DNA from: Macrostomum hystrix
Taxonomy: Eukaryota > Animalia > Platyhelminthes
DNA: 64,000 nucleotides
Direction: 5' to 3'
Assembly: GCA_950097015.1 (NCBI GenBank)
Contig: CATNEN010000039.1
Location: 10,912,001-10,976,000 of the forward strand
The notes under the pieces: model-generated
Database searches by the model: none
What the model was told of the DNA's origin: nothing
What the model saw: only the letters and a program-made list of their open reading frames with translations
Program-made: the position numbers and the translations under genes
In this document: positions 23,227-35,053 of the stretch, one piece after another
Layout: each line of letters begins with the position of its first letter
How positions within the stretch are numbered: position 1 is the first letter of the stretch

Positions 23227-26130
23227 TTGTACAGCGCTCAAAGGGAATATACTCAAATTTTTTGTTTATAAAAAGGGCCTTTTTGGCAACAGGTTTGCGC
23301 AAAATTACGGGGCAAAAGTTACCCATCCAAATATTTATTTTTTAGCAAAAAGCAAACTTTCCAGTACAAGCTAAAATGCAAAAGCCATTGTATAACAATT
23401 AATTGTGCCTTGAAATTTTTGCAAGAAGTTTCCAGTGTTATAGTTAATGTAGCATTTACTATTGACACTATTGATGTAAGGATCTCTGTGAAAAAAAGCT
23501 CATTAACAGATTATTCCCATCAAAATTTATGTCAAAACAAAACAAATTACATGTAGTTTTATCAAGGAGTCCATAAAGGCGTATTTTATTGATTTAATTA
23601 ATTACTTTTTTTGTGATCGGTATCAATTAGGTTAATTTTATTAATAGTACGAAATTCTTGAACAATTTCTTGAACAATAGCAAATTGAAAAAGTATATAG
23701 TTTCAGTAAAGACATCGCTTATAAAGTCAGAGAAGATATCCCTGCTTCACATACCAATCATACGCTCGTACTTTCATGACAAGAGAGGAACTTCTCATAT
23801 AGGGCGCCTATAGGGGACCCAGGTTTTTGCGCATTGAAATAGAGACTAGGCCAAAAATGTGTTGCTAATTTGGAACACAACAGTAGGAAATGGCAGCCAA
23901 GTTATACAGTAGAAGAATTTACTTGACTTACTTGACTTAGCTGCAGGGGCATCCTTCGGATGCAGCGGGGAGGCGTTGCCGCCCACTCCGCTAGCCCCTG
24001 GCGACCACGGGCAACCAAAGCTGCGGTGTCGCGCAGGGGGATCCGGTGATGCCGGCGTCCACAGCGCGGTCCTCCTCCTGGAGAGTCCAGGAGGTGAAAA
24101 GTCGCTCGCCTTGTGGCCCTTAGGTAACGGACGAGCTGGCAGATGTTCTCAGCCCTGAAAACGTCAGAGCGATCCGGGTTTGGGTCGAGATAGGTGAGCC
24201 TGTCCTGAGTGAAGGCGGGGCACTCGCAAATATAACGCTCTGCATCCTCAAAGTAGGAGGAAAAAATGGCACTCTTCATGATGGATTTTGCCTTCTAGGA
24301 AGCGGTGCCTAGCGAAACAGCCGTGGCCATGGAGGGCCATGGTGACTGCCCTGATGTCCCTGCGGTTAAGTCCAAGCAGGGCTTTGCGAAGGGCAGTGGA
24401 GGGACAAGGAACAGCAGCGCTAGACTGCCGACAATCAGCGGTGTTGATCCTCCTGTCCTTGTGCTTTGAGGCCACCCACTGGTTAATCCGAGTGTTGACG
24501 ACGACGGTTGGGGTGGAGACCGTAGGCACGGGGCCAAAAAGCGAACCCGTCGAACCGGCCTTGGCGAGGCTGTCGGCCAATTCGTTACCAGGGTGGCCAG
24601 AGTGCCCTGGAATCCACCTTAGGGACACCTTGTTGTGGGTCCCTAAGCGGTTGAGTTGCGCGACGCAGTCGAGGACTGTGCGCGAGCAGGTGTGCGTGTG
24701 TCCAAGGGCATGAATCGCCGCCTGGCTGTCCGAGTGGAGGAAGATTTCTGCTCCGTGGACATTTTGATTGATCAGTTCCAGGGCGTCGGAGCTGATGGCG
24801 AGAACTTCGTTCTGGAAAACGGTAGAATTTATGTCGGTGTGCTGGGAGAAGGTCGCCACAGTTCTCCCTCCTGAAATAATGCAGTAGCCGAAACCAGAGA
24901 CCTAGTTGATTTGCGAACCGTCGGTGAAGCACTGTATTTCACGGAGTTGGCCGTGGTCACGCACTTCCTGGACGAGGCGGAATGCTGGTTTTGAATCCGA
25001 GCGGTGGGCACAGCGTCGACGGAATTCCGTCTGAGAGAATTGAGGCCTCCTGCTGCGTAAAGGTTCCGAAGGCTAAGGTCGCCGTGGGGCCGGAGGTTCC
25101 GCTTGCTGAAGGCAAGTTGTTTCCTGATAGAGACGCCCGCGTACTGAAGACGACGAGCAGTCTTCATCGCTTCCCCTTTAATAAAAAGATCTAAAGGGGG
25201 AAGGTCCAGGAAGGCATTCATGCCAGCAAAGAGGGTGGAGGTGCGGCACTCATGATGGCTCGACAAGCACGGCCCTGCACCTTGCTTAGGGCCTCCAAAG
25301 CCCCCTTTGGTCTCCAGGGCACTGTTCCAAATGAAGCCGGCAAAATAGATGGCCGGTCTTACAATGGTTGTGTAAATCCACCAGAGACGGCGAGGGGTGA
25401 GGCCCCAGGTAGCACCGAAGGCTCTGCGATCTGCGCTAGCTTCGCGATAGCTTTGCGAGTTTTGAGTTTGAGGTGAGGTTTCCAGCTCAGCCTCCCACTG
25501 GGAAAATTGCTAGCGGCCCGCTAGCGGCAGCCGCCAATAATCCGCTAAGCGGCCCGCTAGCGTCAAGCCACCAAACTGCCGCTTTGCCGCCACGTTACCG
25601 CTTATTTGCCGACAATACTAGAATTAGGTATTTTCGTGTTCTCCTACTTGCATGGAATGTTAAGTGGCAGAATTTATAATAAGTGTAATAATTGCACATG
25701 TTGATACTGCCAAGGTCATTTGTCAATCACATTAATGCAAATTCGTACATGTACGTTTAGCTGAAATATCATGTAGAAATCATGAAAGACAATTAGCAAG
25801 CATAGCAATGGGGTTTATTTTTTGTTTTAGTATATTGCGATTTGAAATTTGCTATCTACAGATATGCTAAAGTTATAGGGGGAATCTATCCCCATTAGTA
25901 AATGTATTTAGAAAGAGCCGTTGAATTTTTAGCATACAGAAAATTAAGATTGACTACAAGTGCATTAAGAAGTGTTCATTGAGAGCTTTACTCCTAGCTT
26001 TGTAGGTGTAAGCTACCTACAAAGTTATTAGCATTTGATAATGTATGAACAGTACGAGTATAAAAGTATAGAATAAAATAAGCTAAAGCTAACTGAATTA
26101 AAAAAGTTGCTGGAACCTACTAGTGAGCTC

Positions 26131-28053
26131 TCAGGACGACTCGACAAGGGGGAAGATTACATACTCAGACGATGTTGGAAAACAGATGGCCTTGTTTGAT
26201 GGGTAGCCAGTAACACACTGCTTGGACTTAGCAAAAAAGCCTATTCCTATGGTGCTGGATGGGTAAGGAGTGGTATACAAATCTTTTCGAAAAACCAACT
26301 TAAATCCAGCTACCAAGCCATCTGAGTGAACAGCATTAATAATAACAGGAAATCCGTCAATAATAGCAACATTATCTGGCTTCGAAGTAGAAAAACTGAA
26401 CGCAGAAGAATTACTTTCAGTGTGCATATTACGCAGTTCAACTAGTTGATTAAGAGAGTGAGACATTATACCGCGAGTACATCGAATGCGACGCTTTAAA
26501 AGTCCAAGAAAATTTTCAAATGGGAAGGCCGAAAATTTGGACAATGGACCATATTGTAGGACGAATTCGTACAGATGAAGCAGCAAATGACTGTTATACG
26601 AAACGCAACGTTCGTCATACAGTCTTGGAAGATCATAGACAAACAGCTCCATGCATCTATGTGCTTGCGCATACATGTCACTACAGTTTCTTGAAGAAAA
26701 TACAAAATAAGCAAAGTGTAGCAAAATAAAATGATTATAGAATTGAGCAGATAAATATTTTCCAAAAAGAAAGGGTCCAAAATACAAAAGCATACTTCGA
26801 TATTCGACAGCTTTGTAATGCGCCAGGTTAATGTCAATTCGCCTGACTTGGCGTTGGAACTCACTCGGTGTACAACCACGATAGTTAGAAATTGCGTCTG
26901 AGAGAGATTTTAGACCATCGCGAGTGACACGACAGGGCAGTTTAAAGCCCTTAACATGGGAAAAAAAGAAGTGGAACAATCGTCTAGTAACGCCAAGACA
27001 AATACAGTGCTGCTCGTCAATCGGGAAATCTGAGCGCAAGCGTGCAATGGAAAGTAGAGGCGACGCGGCAATTTGATTGTCTTCCTTCTTTTGCATGTAA
27101 AGAAAATCATCTCGAGAATCGCCAACAGACGTAGAAAAAACAACGCGATCAGTGTGGTAGCGACCTTTAGCACGACAATAGCCGCAGCCGTTCTTTGCTG
27201 TGTGCCCTGCAATACACTGGATGTAAGCTCTGGCAGGAGCATCACAAACAAATATAAGACTACCAAGCTTGACACGAATTCCATCAAGATACATGCCTGA
27301 TTCGCGCAAATCTGTAAGTTCACGCACCAAGTCAGACAAAAAAAGAGATACATCGGGTTTTTGAGCACCATAATACAGTGCAACAGGAAAAGGTCGATGG
27401 ATATTGTTAAAACAAACAAGAATAGGCCAAAGGGAAGCAGCAGAACTCTTGTAAAGAGGTAAACCATCGATATTGAATTTGCAATCTACCACTAGATCTT
27501 TACCTAGGGGGGGAATGCAAAGCAAATTGTTTTTCACACAGAAAACAAGGTTGTCACGAATGCTAAGGTAGGCATACTGCCCATTAGACATTGTTTTAAT
27601 ACTAGGTGAAAGCCTGGTCTTCAGATTTTGCAACAGATAAACAGTTGATGGGAAATTTTGACAGGTGCACGTTCTGTGCAACAAATCAAGCAAGTATTGC
27701 CTTGCAATCCTTGGTAAATTAAACAAAACAAAGAAAAGATGCAGCTCGTCAGCGAAGGTCATCTGGTTAGACAGGCTTGTATCGACTTCCTCAGGAGTTG
27801 AAGACTCGTCCGATGGTGAGAAGTAGTCTAAATCTGCCTCTTCAAATTCCACGTTTTCAAGGCCGGAGAGCTCGTCTTCAAAATCACCGACATCAGTTGT
27901 TTGGTGGTTCAGTCCCTCAGTCACGATTGGTTGTTTGGTATCCATTGATTGAAGATGGGAGTCTTCCTCAGGCTCTTGTGCCAATGGCTCCTGATCTGAC
28001 GAATCCCAAAGCATGGAAAACAAGTGCCGATTTATGGCTCGGTAACGGCTCAT
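26131..28053 (-). CDS. EnSpm/CACTA DDE transposase, 640 aa
   Basis: FNIDGLPLYKSS, LWPIL, CDAPARA, GCGYC, PIDEQHCICLG, PSEFQR, YKAVEYR, YNSHLLLH and SAFPFENFLG. Uninterrupted ORF inside the TIRs. Confidence 0.92.
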   Translation of the reverse strand: MSRYRAINRHLFSMLWDSSDQEPLAQEPEEDSHLQSMDTKQPIVTEGLNHQTTDVGDFEDELSGLENVEFEEADLDYFSPSDESSTPEEVDTSLSNQMTFADELHLFFVLFNLPRIARQYLLDLLHRTCTCQNFPSTVYLLQNLKTRLSPSIKTMSNGQYAYLSIRDNLVFCVKNNLLCIPPLGKDLVVDCKFNIDGLPLYKSSAASLWPILVCFNNIHRPFPVALYYGAQKPDVSLFLSDLVRELTDLRESGMYLDGIRVKLGSLIFVCDAPARAYIQCIAGHTAKNGCGYCRAKGRYHTDRVVFSTSVGDSRDDFLYMQKKEDNQIAASPLLSIARLRSDFPIDEQHCICLGVTRRLFHFFFSHVKGFKLPCRVTRDGLKSLSDAISNYRGCTPSEFQRQVRRIDINLAHYKAVEYRSMLLYFGPFLFGKYLSAQFYNHFILLHFAYFVFSSRNCSDMYAQAHRCMELFVYDLPRLYDERCVSYNSHLLLHLYEFVLQYGPLSKFSAFPFENFLGLLKRRIRCTRGIMSHSLNQLVELRNMHTESNSSAFSFSTSKPDNVAIIDGFPVIINAVHSDGLVAGFKLVFRKDLYTTPYPSSTIGIGFFAKSKQCVTGYPSNKAICFPTSSEYVIFPLVESS

Positions 28054-28627
28054 TTGGCTCGTTGTCTGGAATTAGTGGATTAAAGCACACCTGCAATTGT
28101 GACTGTTTCTGATACTTAAAAGGACAAGACCAATGACATGTAAGTAACGGAATGCACCAATTCAAATAAAAAGAACTATTTTCTGTCTTTACTTCAGAAC
28201 TGCAAACTGCTAAAAGAAGTACGCAAACTGCACTACTAGTTTAACGATGAAAATAGACACACGCAATTATTTAGTTAAACACAAATCATTATTACAAAGA
28301 AGAAAAGAAAAGAAAAGACAAGCAATTCGTCATAACAGAGCATTGAATTGATTTTATATAAATTGCATTTATATAATGCATAGTTGCAACAATGCTGAAT
28401 ATAAAGTTGTTCACAACACAACAGCAAAATAACTTTTACAATAAATATATTAGTTGTAGGTATACTTAAATGATAAATATAAGTATTACACCTATTTAGT
28501 TTCAATGACAGTTCTTACATTTTTCAACAAAAAACGGAACAATATAAATAATTAATCCAACAGTTCATGCATAACAAACAGTGTAAGAAAATTGTTTGTC
28601 ACAAGGCTTCTGATGCAAAACACAACA

Positions 28628-30040
28628 CTATAGGCCATTCGAAGAGTCTTCTAGATCTGATTGAATTACAAAAGCAGTCCTTCGCCTTCGTCGCTTCTGT
28701 TGCTTTGGCCTAGATTCCACTGCCATGGCTCCTTCAGTTTCAGGTTCTTTTCTCTTCTTTCGACCTCCATCCCTATCACTTGAGTTTTTTAATGCAGCAG
28801 CAATAGCTGGGCGAATCTCATCATCATTAGCATGACCAAATTTCTTTTTTATTGCTTTCTCAACAATTGGAGCAAATGGTTCGAAAGCTTGCTTGCCATC
28901 AGAACCACTTCGGTTATAACATTCTTGAAGGGCATTGGTCATTAGGCCAGAGACAATGTTTACTACTGCTTGTCGCACAGTTTTTCCTCCACGAAGAGAC
29001 AGAGCATGAACAAGCTTTTGTAGGAAGCTTTCATCTTTTACCTTTAAGAGAAGATCATTTGCTTCATGGATTGATGAAGCAGGTGACAAAACAAAATCTT
29101 CTCCCTCAGCAAGCTTATTCTGGCCTTCTTTTAGAAGCATTGATTCAATGATGGCAAGGCGTCGAAGAATCATGGCATTCAAAAAGTAGTTAGCTTCAAC
29201 AGAGAATGGTTTATAACCTGCACTAATAACACGGGCATCAATTGCAGAGGTTGATGGCACACCAATGGCTGATGTTGAAGCTAAATGAGTAGGTGTTGTT
29301 TTGGCTATACTAGAAGCTGGTTCAGTTATTCGTGACTGCAGTTCACTCACTCTTGAAATAGTTGGTGTAGTGACAGTTGGTGTGGCAACAGTTGGCATAG
29401 CAATAGTTGGTGTAGAAGGTGAATTTGCCATCATAGTTTGTTCAAATACACTTTGGCTGAGAGAAGCCATTCTATTAGAAACTTGGCGATGAGCAGGTAA
29501 GTCAAGCAAAGGTAGCCTTTGTTGAAAATTAGCACTTAACATTCCTTGAATACCATGGTTGCCATTTTCTACAACATGAGCATTATATTGACCACTAGGA
29601 AGATTCTGTGATTGACAATCCTCCAATTCAAGTTCATTAAGTTCAGTTGTGTCACCACTATAGCCAATAAAGGAATGCTCTGGTGGAAGAACAGTACGTC
29701 TAGAAGTTGCAAACCTTGCAAGTTTTGGTAAAAGCTGTTGAATTGTCACATGCCAATTTCTCTTAGCCTTAATACAGAAGCCACATGTAGACTGTAGATG
29801 GTCCTCTTCTTTTGCTAGCTGAACACAGATGCCATTAACTTTTTCTGTCTCCCAATTGACTTCAAGGACTGTTTTGCCATTAGGATTATTAATAATCTTT
29901 GAATAGATAGCTTCAGAGAAGTTAGTCTCATTAATTGGATAGATAGTAAAAGGCTCATAGTCAGATCTTTTGTCACTTGGAAAATAAAGCAGAACCCATT
30001 TTATTTCATTAAATGCAAGCATAGCTACATAGAGCCTCAA
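28628..30040 (-). CDS. CACTA accessory ORF2, DUF4806-like C-terminal domain
   Basis: 470-aa ORF co-oriented with the transposase. Ser/Thr/Pro-rich linker. LSLRGGKTVRQAVVNIVSGLMTNALQECYNRSGSDGKQAF resembles DUF4806. Basic NLS-like tail. The true start may lie in an upstream exon (acceptor ttttaag near 30044). Confidence 0.7.
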   Translation of the reverse strand: MRLYVAMLAFNEIKWVLLYFPSDKRSDYEPFTIYPINETNFSEAIYSKIINNPNGKTVLEVNWETEKVNGICVQLAKEEDHLQSTCGFCIKAKRNWHVTIQQLLPKLARFATSRRTVLPPEHSFIGYSGDTTELNELELEDCQSQNLPSGQYNAHVVENGNHGIQGMLSANFQQRLPLLDLPAHRQVSNRMASLSQSVFEQTMMANSPSTPTIAMPTVATPTVTTPTISRVSELQSRITEPASSIAKTTPTHLASTSAIGVPSTSAIDARVISAGYKPFSVEANYFLNAMILRRLAIIESMLLKEGQNKLAEGEDFVLSPASSIHEANDLLLKVKDESFLQKLVHALSLRGGKTVRQAVVNIVSGLMTNALQECYNRSGSDGKQAFEPFAPIVEKAIKKKFGHANDDEIRPAIAAALKNSSDRDGGRKKRKEPETEGAMAVESRPKQQKRRRRRTAFVIQSDLEDSSNGL

Positions 30041-30313
30041 TGCTTAAAAGAAAAAATGGAAAGAATCATGTTTCAAAATGAAGAGAAATAACTCTGATTT
30101 GAAATTATAAAAAATTTCCTAGAAACATGGTAGATATGTTTATTTATATGTCATGCAAATATATTTGGCTATGGGAAAAATGAGGAATACAGCTAGGCCC
30201 TATGGCTACAGCTATAGGAAATAATTGATATAGCAGAACAGAACCCCTAAATTATTTTTAAGGCCCTATAAATATTTTAGTTTAAATAGTTTATTTGGCT
30301 AACTAGCTACTTG

Positions 30314-30878
30314 CCATAGTCCGGATCATGTCGTTTACGCCGGAGATCTCCGGCGTAAATCTGGTTTGGGATCGGAGGCTGGCGTAAGTGCTTGGCGTAA
30401 GTATAGGCCAAAATGTGCCTTGGCGTAAGTGCTTGGCGTAAGTACAAGGCATAAATCAAGTGGCGTAAATGTTAGCACAAATGAGATCATTCACGATCAA
30501 ATGTATCACTATAGAACATAACACATTTGCGTTAATTATGATGTTTGCGTTAATTAGGAGCAGCATTAAAACAAAGTTCATTAAAATATTGCAGTTCGTA
30601 TAACTGAGATAGCAGAATATCTATTGTAGGATAGCAAAAGTGTTTTTAGCTTTAAGATGCTAACTTTGATACTTGATTCAGAATTTGCGACTTGTGAGAT
30701 TTTTAAACAGTTGCAACTTCTGAATTTAATTAATCACCGATTAACATGATTTGTGAAGGACCTTTTTTTGGGTGGCGTAAGTCAGAGGGACCTTTTTTTG
30801 GTTGGCGTAAGTCTGGCGTAAGTGCCAAAAATGTTGGATTTTTCCTCCGGCGTAAGTCCAACATGATCCGGACTATGG
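30314..30878. mobile_element. MITE nested in the CACTA element, 8-bp TSD
   Basis: TIR ccatagtccggatcatgt / acatgatccggactatgg. TSD gctacttg at 30306-30313 and 30879-30886. About 10 subterminal ggcgtaa motifs. Confidence 0.9.
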
Positions 30879-33800
30879 GCTACTTGTTACAAAAAATGGA
30901 ACAATAGACATAAGGTTTTTATTGTCTTCAGAATAATATAGGAGATAGTTGATTGCAAACAAACAAGATTTCCTTTTTTGAATGATATAGACCTAAGACA
31001 AATTATTAACTTTATTAACAGTGCTAGTTTGGAGACTCAAAAGTATATTAAATCATCTGTTAGTATTGTATTAGGGCTTGATAAATCGTATCCTAATGCC
31101 ATAAGCAATAGGCCTACCACTTTTGGACTAATCTAACTAATCATAGGCCTATAAAACTCAGTCACAGAGTTCTAGATTGCAATAGGTCTAACCAATACTA
31201 GGCCTATAGATCATTTACTTAGATAGTATGCACTTGCATCTTAAATATCTTGAAACAATAGGGTAGGGTATTTAAAATACCCTATTAACTAACAATTTCA
31301 ATACTTTTTCTAATGAAACAATATACTAGCTAGCTACTGAGGGAGAAAACAAGATACAACAAAAATGAAGTATAGAAGTCAAGGCTATCTAGTATTATCA
31401 ATTTTTAATATACAAGTAGGCCCTACCACAAGTCCTATGGATATTTAACTCCAGTGAGCTTAGTCTAATTTTAAAGCCCAAGTAAATGACAATATAGTAA
31501 CTAATGTAATGGCAATCAGCACTGCAGTGCAAAGATAGAGCCTTGAATCTATATTATAATTATGTATATACTAGCTTAATTTTAGGGTTGGACTTCATAA
31601 ACATGACGCTGCTCCCATAAGAGCAGCAGCAAGCAAGCAGCCTATTTTGCCAATACTTTTAGATGACTTTTATATGTATTAAATGATTCAAATCACAATC
31701 GAGAGTATATGGATAGTGAAAATAGTGAAAGTAAATAAGAATAGATAGCAGAGCTACTTTTGTAATCCCGCAAAAAATCTGTTCAAAAAAGATTATTCGA
31801 ATCTGAGTTTGAACAAACGGATAGTAACGGTTTCGTTGAATAAAGTATCACAATTGATTTTAGAAAATTATCATAATGACATTTTAATTTTTTATAACAT
31901 AAAATTGTCGAAAACTGATGACTCTTGCATAGATTTTACTTAGTGGGTCAATAGCGGCTGAATTCTATTAACCGACGATGTGCCGACCATCCGCACTTTC
32001 CTATTTCGAAAGGCCAATTTTCTATTGGAAGTACCAAATGTTATTTTCTTGTCATTTCTCATCCAATTGTACTCTTTATTAAACATTTCTCTCCCGCTAG
32101 AATGCCGCCATCCCGCTAACGGACCTCTAGTGGCCCACTAGCGGCTTTCCCAGTGGGCTGTGGTCGAGGATGACACCTAAGCAACTAGTTTGCTTCTCCA
32201 TGACGATGGGTTTGTCATAAAGAAGAAGATCCTCCAGTTTCGCTTGCTGGTGAACATAATGGCAACGGTCTTGGACTCTGAGCTTGAGGGTTTGAGGCCG
32301 CAGCTATGAGCCCAGCATTGTGGACATTGTGGGCACGGTGGATGAAAGCTTGCAAAAGGTCTCTAAGGACCCGGGGTGAAGGTCCAGCCACAGTGGCAGT
32401 GACATCGTCAGCATAGCCGATTTTCTGGACCGGGTGCGGGTAAGGGCTGCAGAGCAACTCGTCCATGACAAGGTTCCAAAGGATCGGACTAAGAACGCCA
32501 CCCTGCGAGCCTCCCTTCTGGACTTTCACAGAGCGGGAGTGGCCAAGCAGGTGCGAGATGCAAGTTCGGTGAGAGATCATATACATGATCCAGCGGGTGA
32601 GGTGCTCGTGCGTAGCCCGGCGCTCCAGGGCTCACCTAAAGGCTTCGAAGAGCACATTGTCAAAGGCACCATCAATGTCGAGGAAAAGCGAGAGAGCGAA
32701 ACCGGTGCCAAGCACGGCGCGCTCCAGCTTGTCGGCAATGGCATGCAGAGCACTTTCGATGGAGCGTCCGGATCGAAAGGCGTACTGGTTAGCGGAGAGC
32801 GGGGAGTTCCCCAGCTCAACGTGAGGAGGCGCCAAAGAACTAGCCTTTCAACAGCTTAAGAAAGAAGGATGTTAAGCTGATGGGGCGGAAGGCTTTGGCG
32901 GAATGGTAGTCTCCCTTCCCAGGCTTGTGAATGAAGACGATGGTGGCTTCCTGCCAAGACCTGGGTACGTACCCGAGGGTGATACAGGCCTTAAACAGGT
33001 TGCAGAGGAGGCCGAGTAACCTGTCATTTTTCACCGCTTTATGTAGGGAGGCGGGGTAAATGTTGTCAGGTCCAGGCGACTTGAAAGGCGAGAAGGAATT
33101 GGCAGCGCGAGCTGTGCGTTCTATAGTGATAATGGTGGTCGCAAAGATGTGTTCACCCGGAGTGTGGTCCGGCGGGTCCTGTAGCGGCGCGGTTCGGGGG
33201 AAAGCGCTGGCGAGCATGATGTCCAGCGATTAACCAGGATTCTCAGCAAGCCAGCCATCCGGTCTTTTGATCACTGAGAGCTTCGACATTTTGTCAAGAG
33301 TGAGCGCTTTTTCGACGCGAGAAGTTGGGCGGGCGCCGCTCTAAGTCGAGGCTCAAGAGAAGAAGAGGCTCAATCCTCCAGTTTCGCTTGCGGTTTTGAC
33401 TGTTTTTTCAAAACAAAACCTCAGGGCTGCTGTGTTCGCGAATATCAATCTCAAAGATCGGCATAGACCGGACCTCTCTGAAGAGACCTCTGTGTCATCC
33501 AAACGAACCACATTCTTCCGAACCGCACCGTCATCATCGCCTCTATCTACCTTCCTGGTGACTTTGAGCTGCTGGTGGCGGGCGAACTGCTGGTGGCGGG
33601 CGATGTTAACGCCCACCACACCTACTGGGGCAGTGTTACTTCCAACTGCAGAGTTAAGGATCTCCTTGCCTACATCTGCACCAGTAATATTGAGTTCTGC
33701 AACACGGGTGGCACACCCACCTTTGACAATGGGCGGAGGTCCTCGACGTCACCCTTGCCTCCCAAGGCCTGATCTCTCTGATCAGGGACTTGGCAGGTAT

Positions 33801-33942
33801 GGGACGAAAAGGAATATCTGTCTGACCATCGCTTCATTCGCTTCCGGTTGCAAAACTCCTACTCCAAGCCTGGTATTCCATGGAAAAGGAACGCCCGGAA
33901 CACTGACTAGACGGCCTTTGCGGACTCCGTGAAGCGCCAGAC

Positions 33943-35053
33943 CAGAGACTTCTAGAAATAACAACTGGAACCGCAAGGCTTTCTTCTCCCCTGCAACTTG
34001 AGGCCGGTATTCGGCCAATCGTGTGAGCCAAAAGGGACACAGGATTTTCAGAATTCTGCTACTATTCCAAGTGGAAGTTCATTACCTTCGAATATTCTTA
34101 CTTTGAATTTACAAGTTTTCGTAAACAAATTATTTGAATTTTTCTGGATCGCGAGATTTATTTTATTTATTTTATTGATGATACTTGTATTAGTGATTGA
34201 TATTAAATGATAATAATACTTAATTTAAGTTCTGCGCTTCAATTTACAATTAACTAATATTTAGAAATTTTGTCTTTAGAAACATAATGCCGTTGCAGAG
34301 CTTGCGAATCCACTTTTGCAGCCAACTGCAGAGCACTTGTCTTTCAAAAACGGTAGTACCACACGCTGTTTAAGGTAATAAACTGGTAAAATAAATTGCA
34401 AAAATGCAGACAAAACTAACTCTTGTATATGTATACGTTAATGACACGCGCAGACGCGAAAAGTCATTTAAAAATATACATTTTACACGATTAAAAGTAT
34501 CCAAATTTAATTAACATCAACAGAAAAGTAAAATGACTTAATACAAGATCAATCGATTATCAGTTCTCGCAAAATTAATTTTAAGCAATTTTATTTTGTT
34601 AGTTTCGTTAGCTGCGGCAATCGGGCTAAAAGTAGCGGGACTGCCGCCACGGACTGCTACGCTCGCTGACAATAGTAGGAGTAAGCTATCGTCGCAGTTT
34701 TGCCGAAAAAAAATGTTTTTGATTTATTGGCTTAGAACGATCATAAATGCATCGATCATTTGTTCTTGAAGCTTAAATCGATTTTAAATTGCGATTTTGC
34801 AAGGTTAAAATTGAAATCGCAGAAGCATGGCGACGGTAGCATTCGGCCCGCTGTCGGGCCGCCGAAACTTTTCCCAGCGGGTTGTTGACCATATTATTTG
34901 TATTTTAATGCAATTATACTGAAATGATTGGGAAAAAACAGAAACATATTGGGGATAAAAAGACATTGGCAGATCCAGGAAAAGCTCACGCTTTTGTAGG
35001 CTGCAGTCAGAGACTTCTATAAATAACAAAGCTGTTACTTCTAGAAGTCTCTG
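33943..35053. mobile_element. Non-autonomous DNA transposon, P-superfamily-like, 7-bp TSD
   Basis: TIR cagagacttctagaa / ttctagaagtctctg. TSD gccagac at 33936-33942 and 35054-35060. AT-rich non-coding interior. Splits the plus-strand LINE segment just after the endonuclease motifs. Confidence 0.8.

Larger units (their letters stand above)
25494..32157 (-). mobile_element. CACTA/EnSpm (CMC superfamily) DNA transposon, 6664 bp, apparently complete
   Basis: TIRs cccactgggaaa / tttcccagtggg with ccgctagcgg-type subterminal repeats. 2-bp TSD ct at 25492-25493 and 32158-32159. Removing it restores the host RT frame [14 protein letters not shown]. Confidence 0.92.
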
